The notes below the pieces were generated by a model. That model saw nothing but the letters and a program-made list of their open reading frames with translations. It was not told where the DNA came from and made no database searches. The position numbers and the translations under genes are program-made. Positions 63,673-64,000 of a stretch of DNA of 64,000 nucleotides are shown piece by piece (within the stretch, counting starts at the first letter, position 1; each line of letters opens with the position of its first letter). The stretch lies in the NCBI RefSeq assembly GCF_001194135.2, contig NC_068985.1, forward strand, positions 42,956,293 to 43,020,292, given 5' to 3'. Source of the DNA: Octopus bimaculoides. Its lineage: Eukaryota.

Positions 63673-64000
63673 GGTCAGAAGTTGTCACAGTGAAATACCC
63701 AGGTCAAGTTACCACAATATTTGGGATTCACACAGAAAGGAATTAAACAAAAAAATGACAGAAAAGAAATTTTTCTCCTAGTTAGAAGCCAGTTATTAAT
63801 TATATCATTTGAATTCAGTGCAAAAAGACACAAAATGTTCTCTAATCTTAATGTGAAATGGCTTTATTAAAATAGACAAGACATATATTTACACACATCA
63901 TCATCATCATTTAAAATCCATGTCTCATACTGGCATGGGTTGGCTGGTTTGACCTGAAGACTATGCCAAGCTCAAGTGTTTGCTGTGGCATGGTTTCTCC

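Overview
Eukaryotic, AT-rich, microsatellite-saturated draft-assembly DNA with 9 N-gaps. The repeat inventory (tRNA-derived SINEs with CORE-like and Deu/Nin-like bodies, RTE 3'UTRs ending in (GAT)n) points to an octopod cephalopod; this is inference from repeats alone. No intact host protein-coding gene, rRNA, tRNA or CRISPR can be supported. The window is a dense collection of transposon remnants: Ty3/Gypsy pol, Tigger/pogo, Tc1/mariner derivatives, RTE, CR1-like, Tx1/L1-like, Hero-like and R4/Dong-like REL LINEs, a Penelope-like element and at least three SINE families. Best second-look items: (i) a 223-bp, 3-mismatch inverted duplication (23501-23723/28430-28652) bracketing two candidate minus-strand micro-exons; (ii) two long fold-back hairpins (31.4-31.6 and 32.5-32.8 kb) carrying hammerhead-like CUGANGA cores; (iii) an AG|GTAAG recursive-splice-like site at 10216/10215 with a 61-nt downstream exon; (iv) four retroelement groups stacked at microsatellites (55.0-59.5 kb). 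All family calls rest on recalled motifs, not database searches; element boundaries are approximate unless terminal repeats or target-site duplications are quoted.
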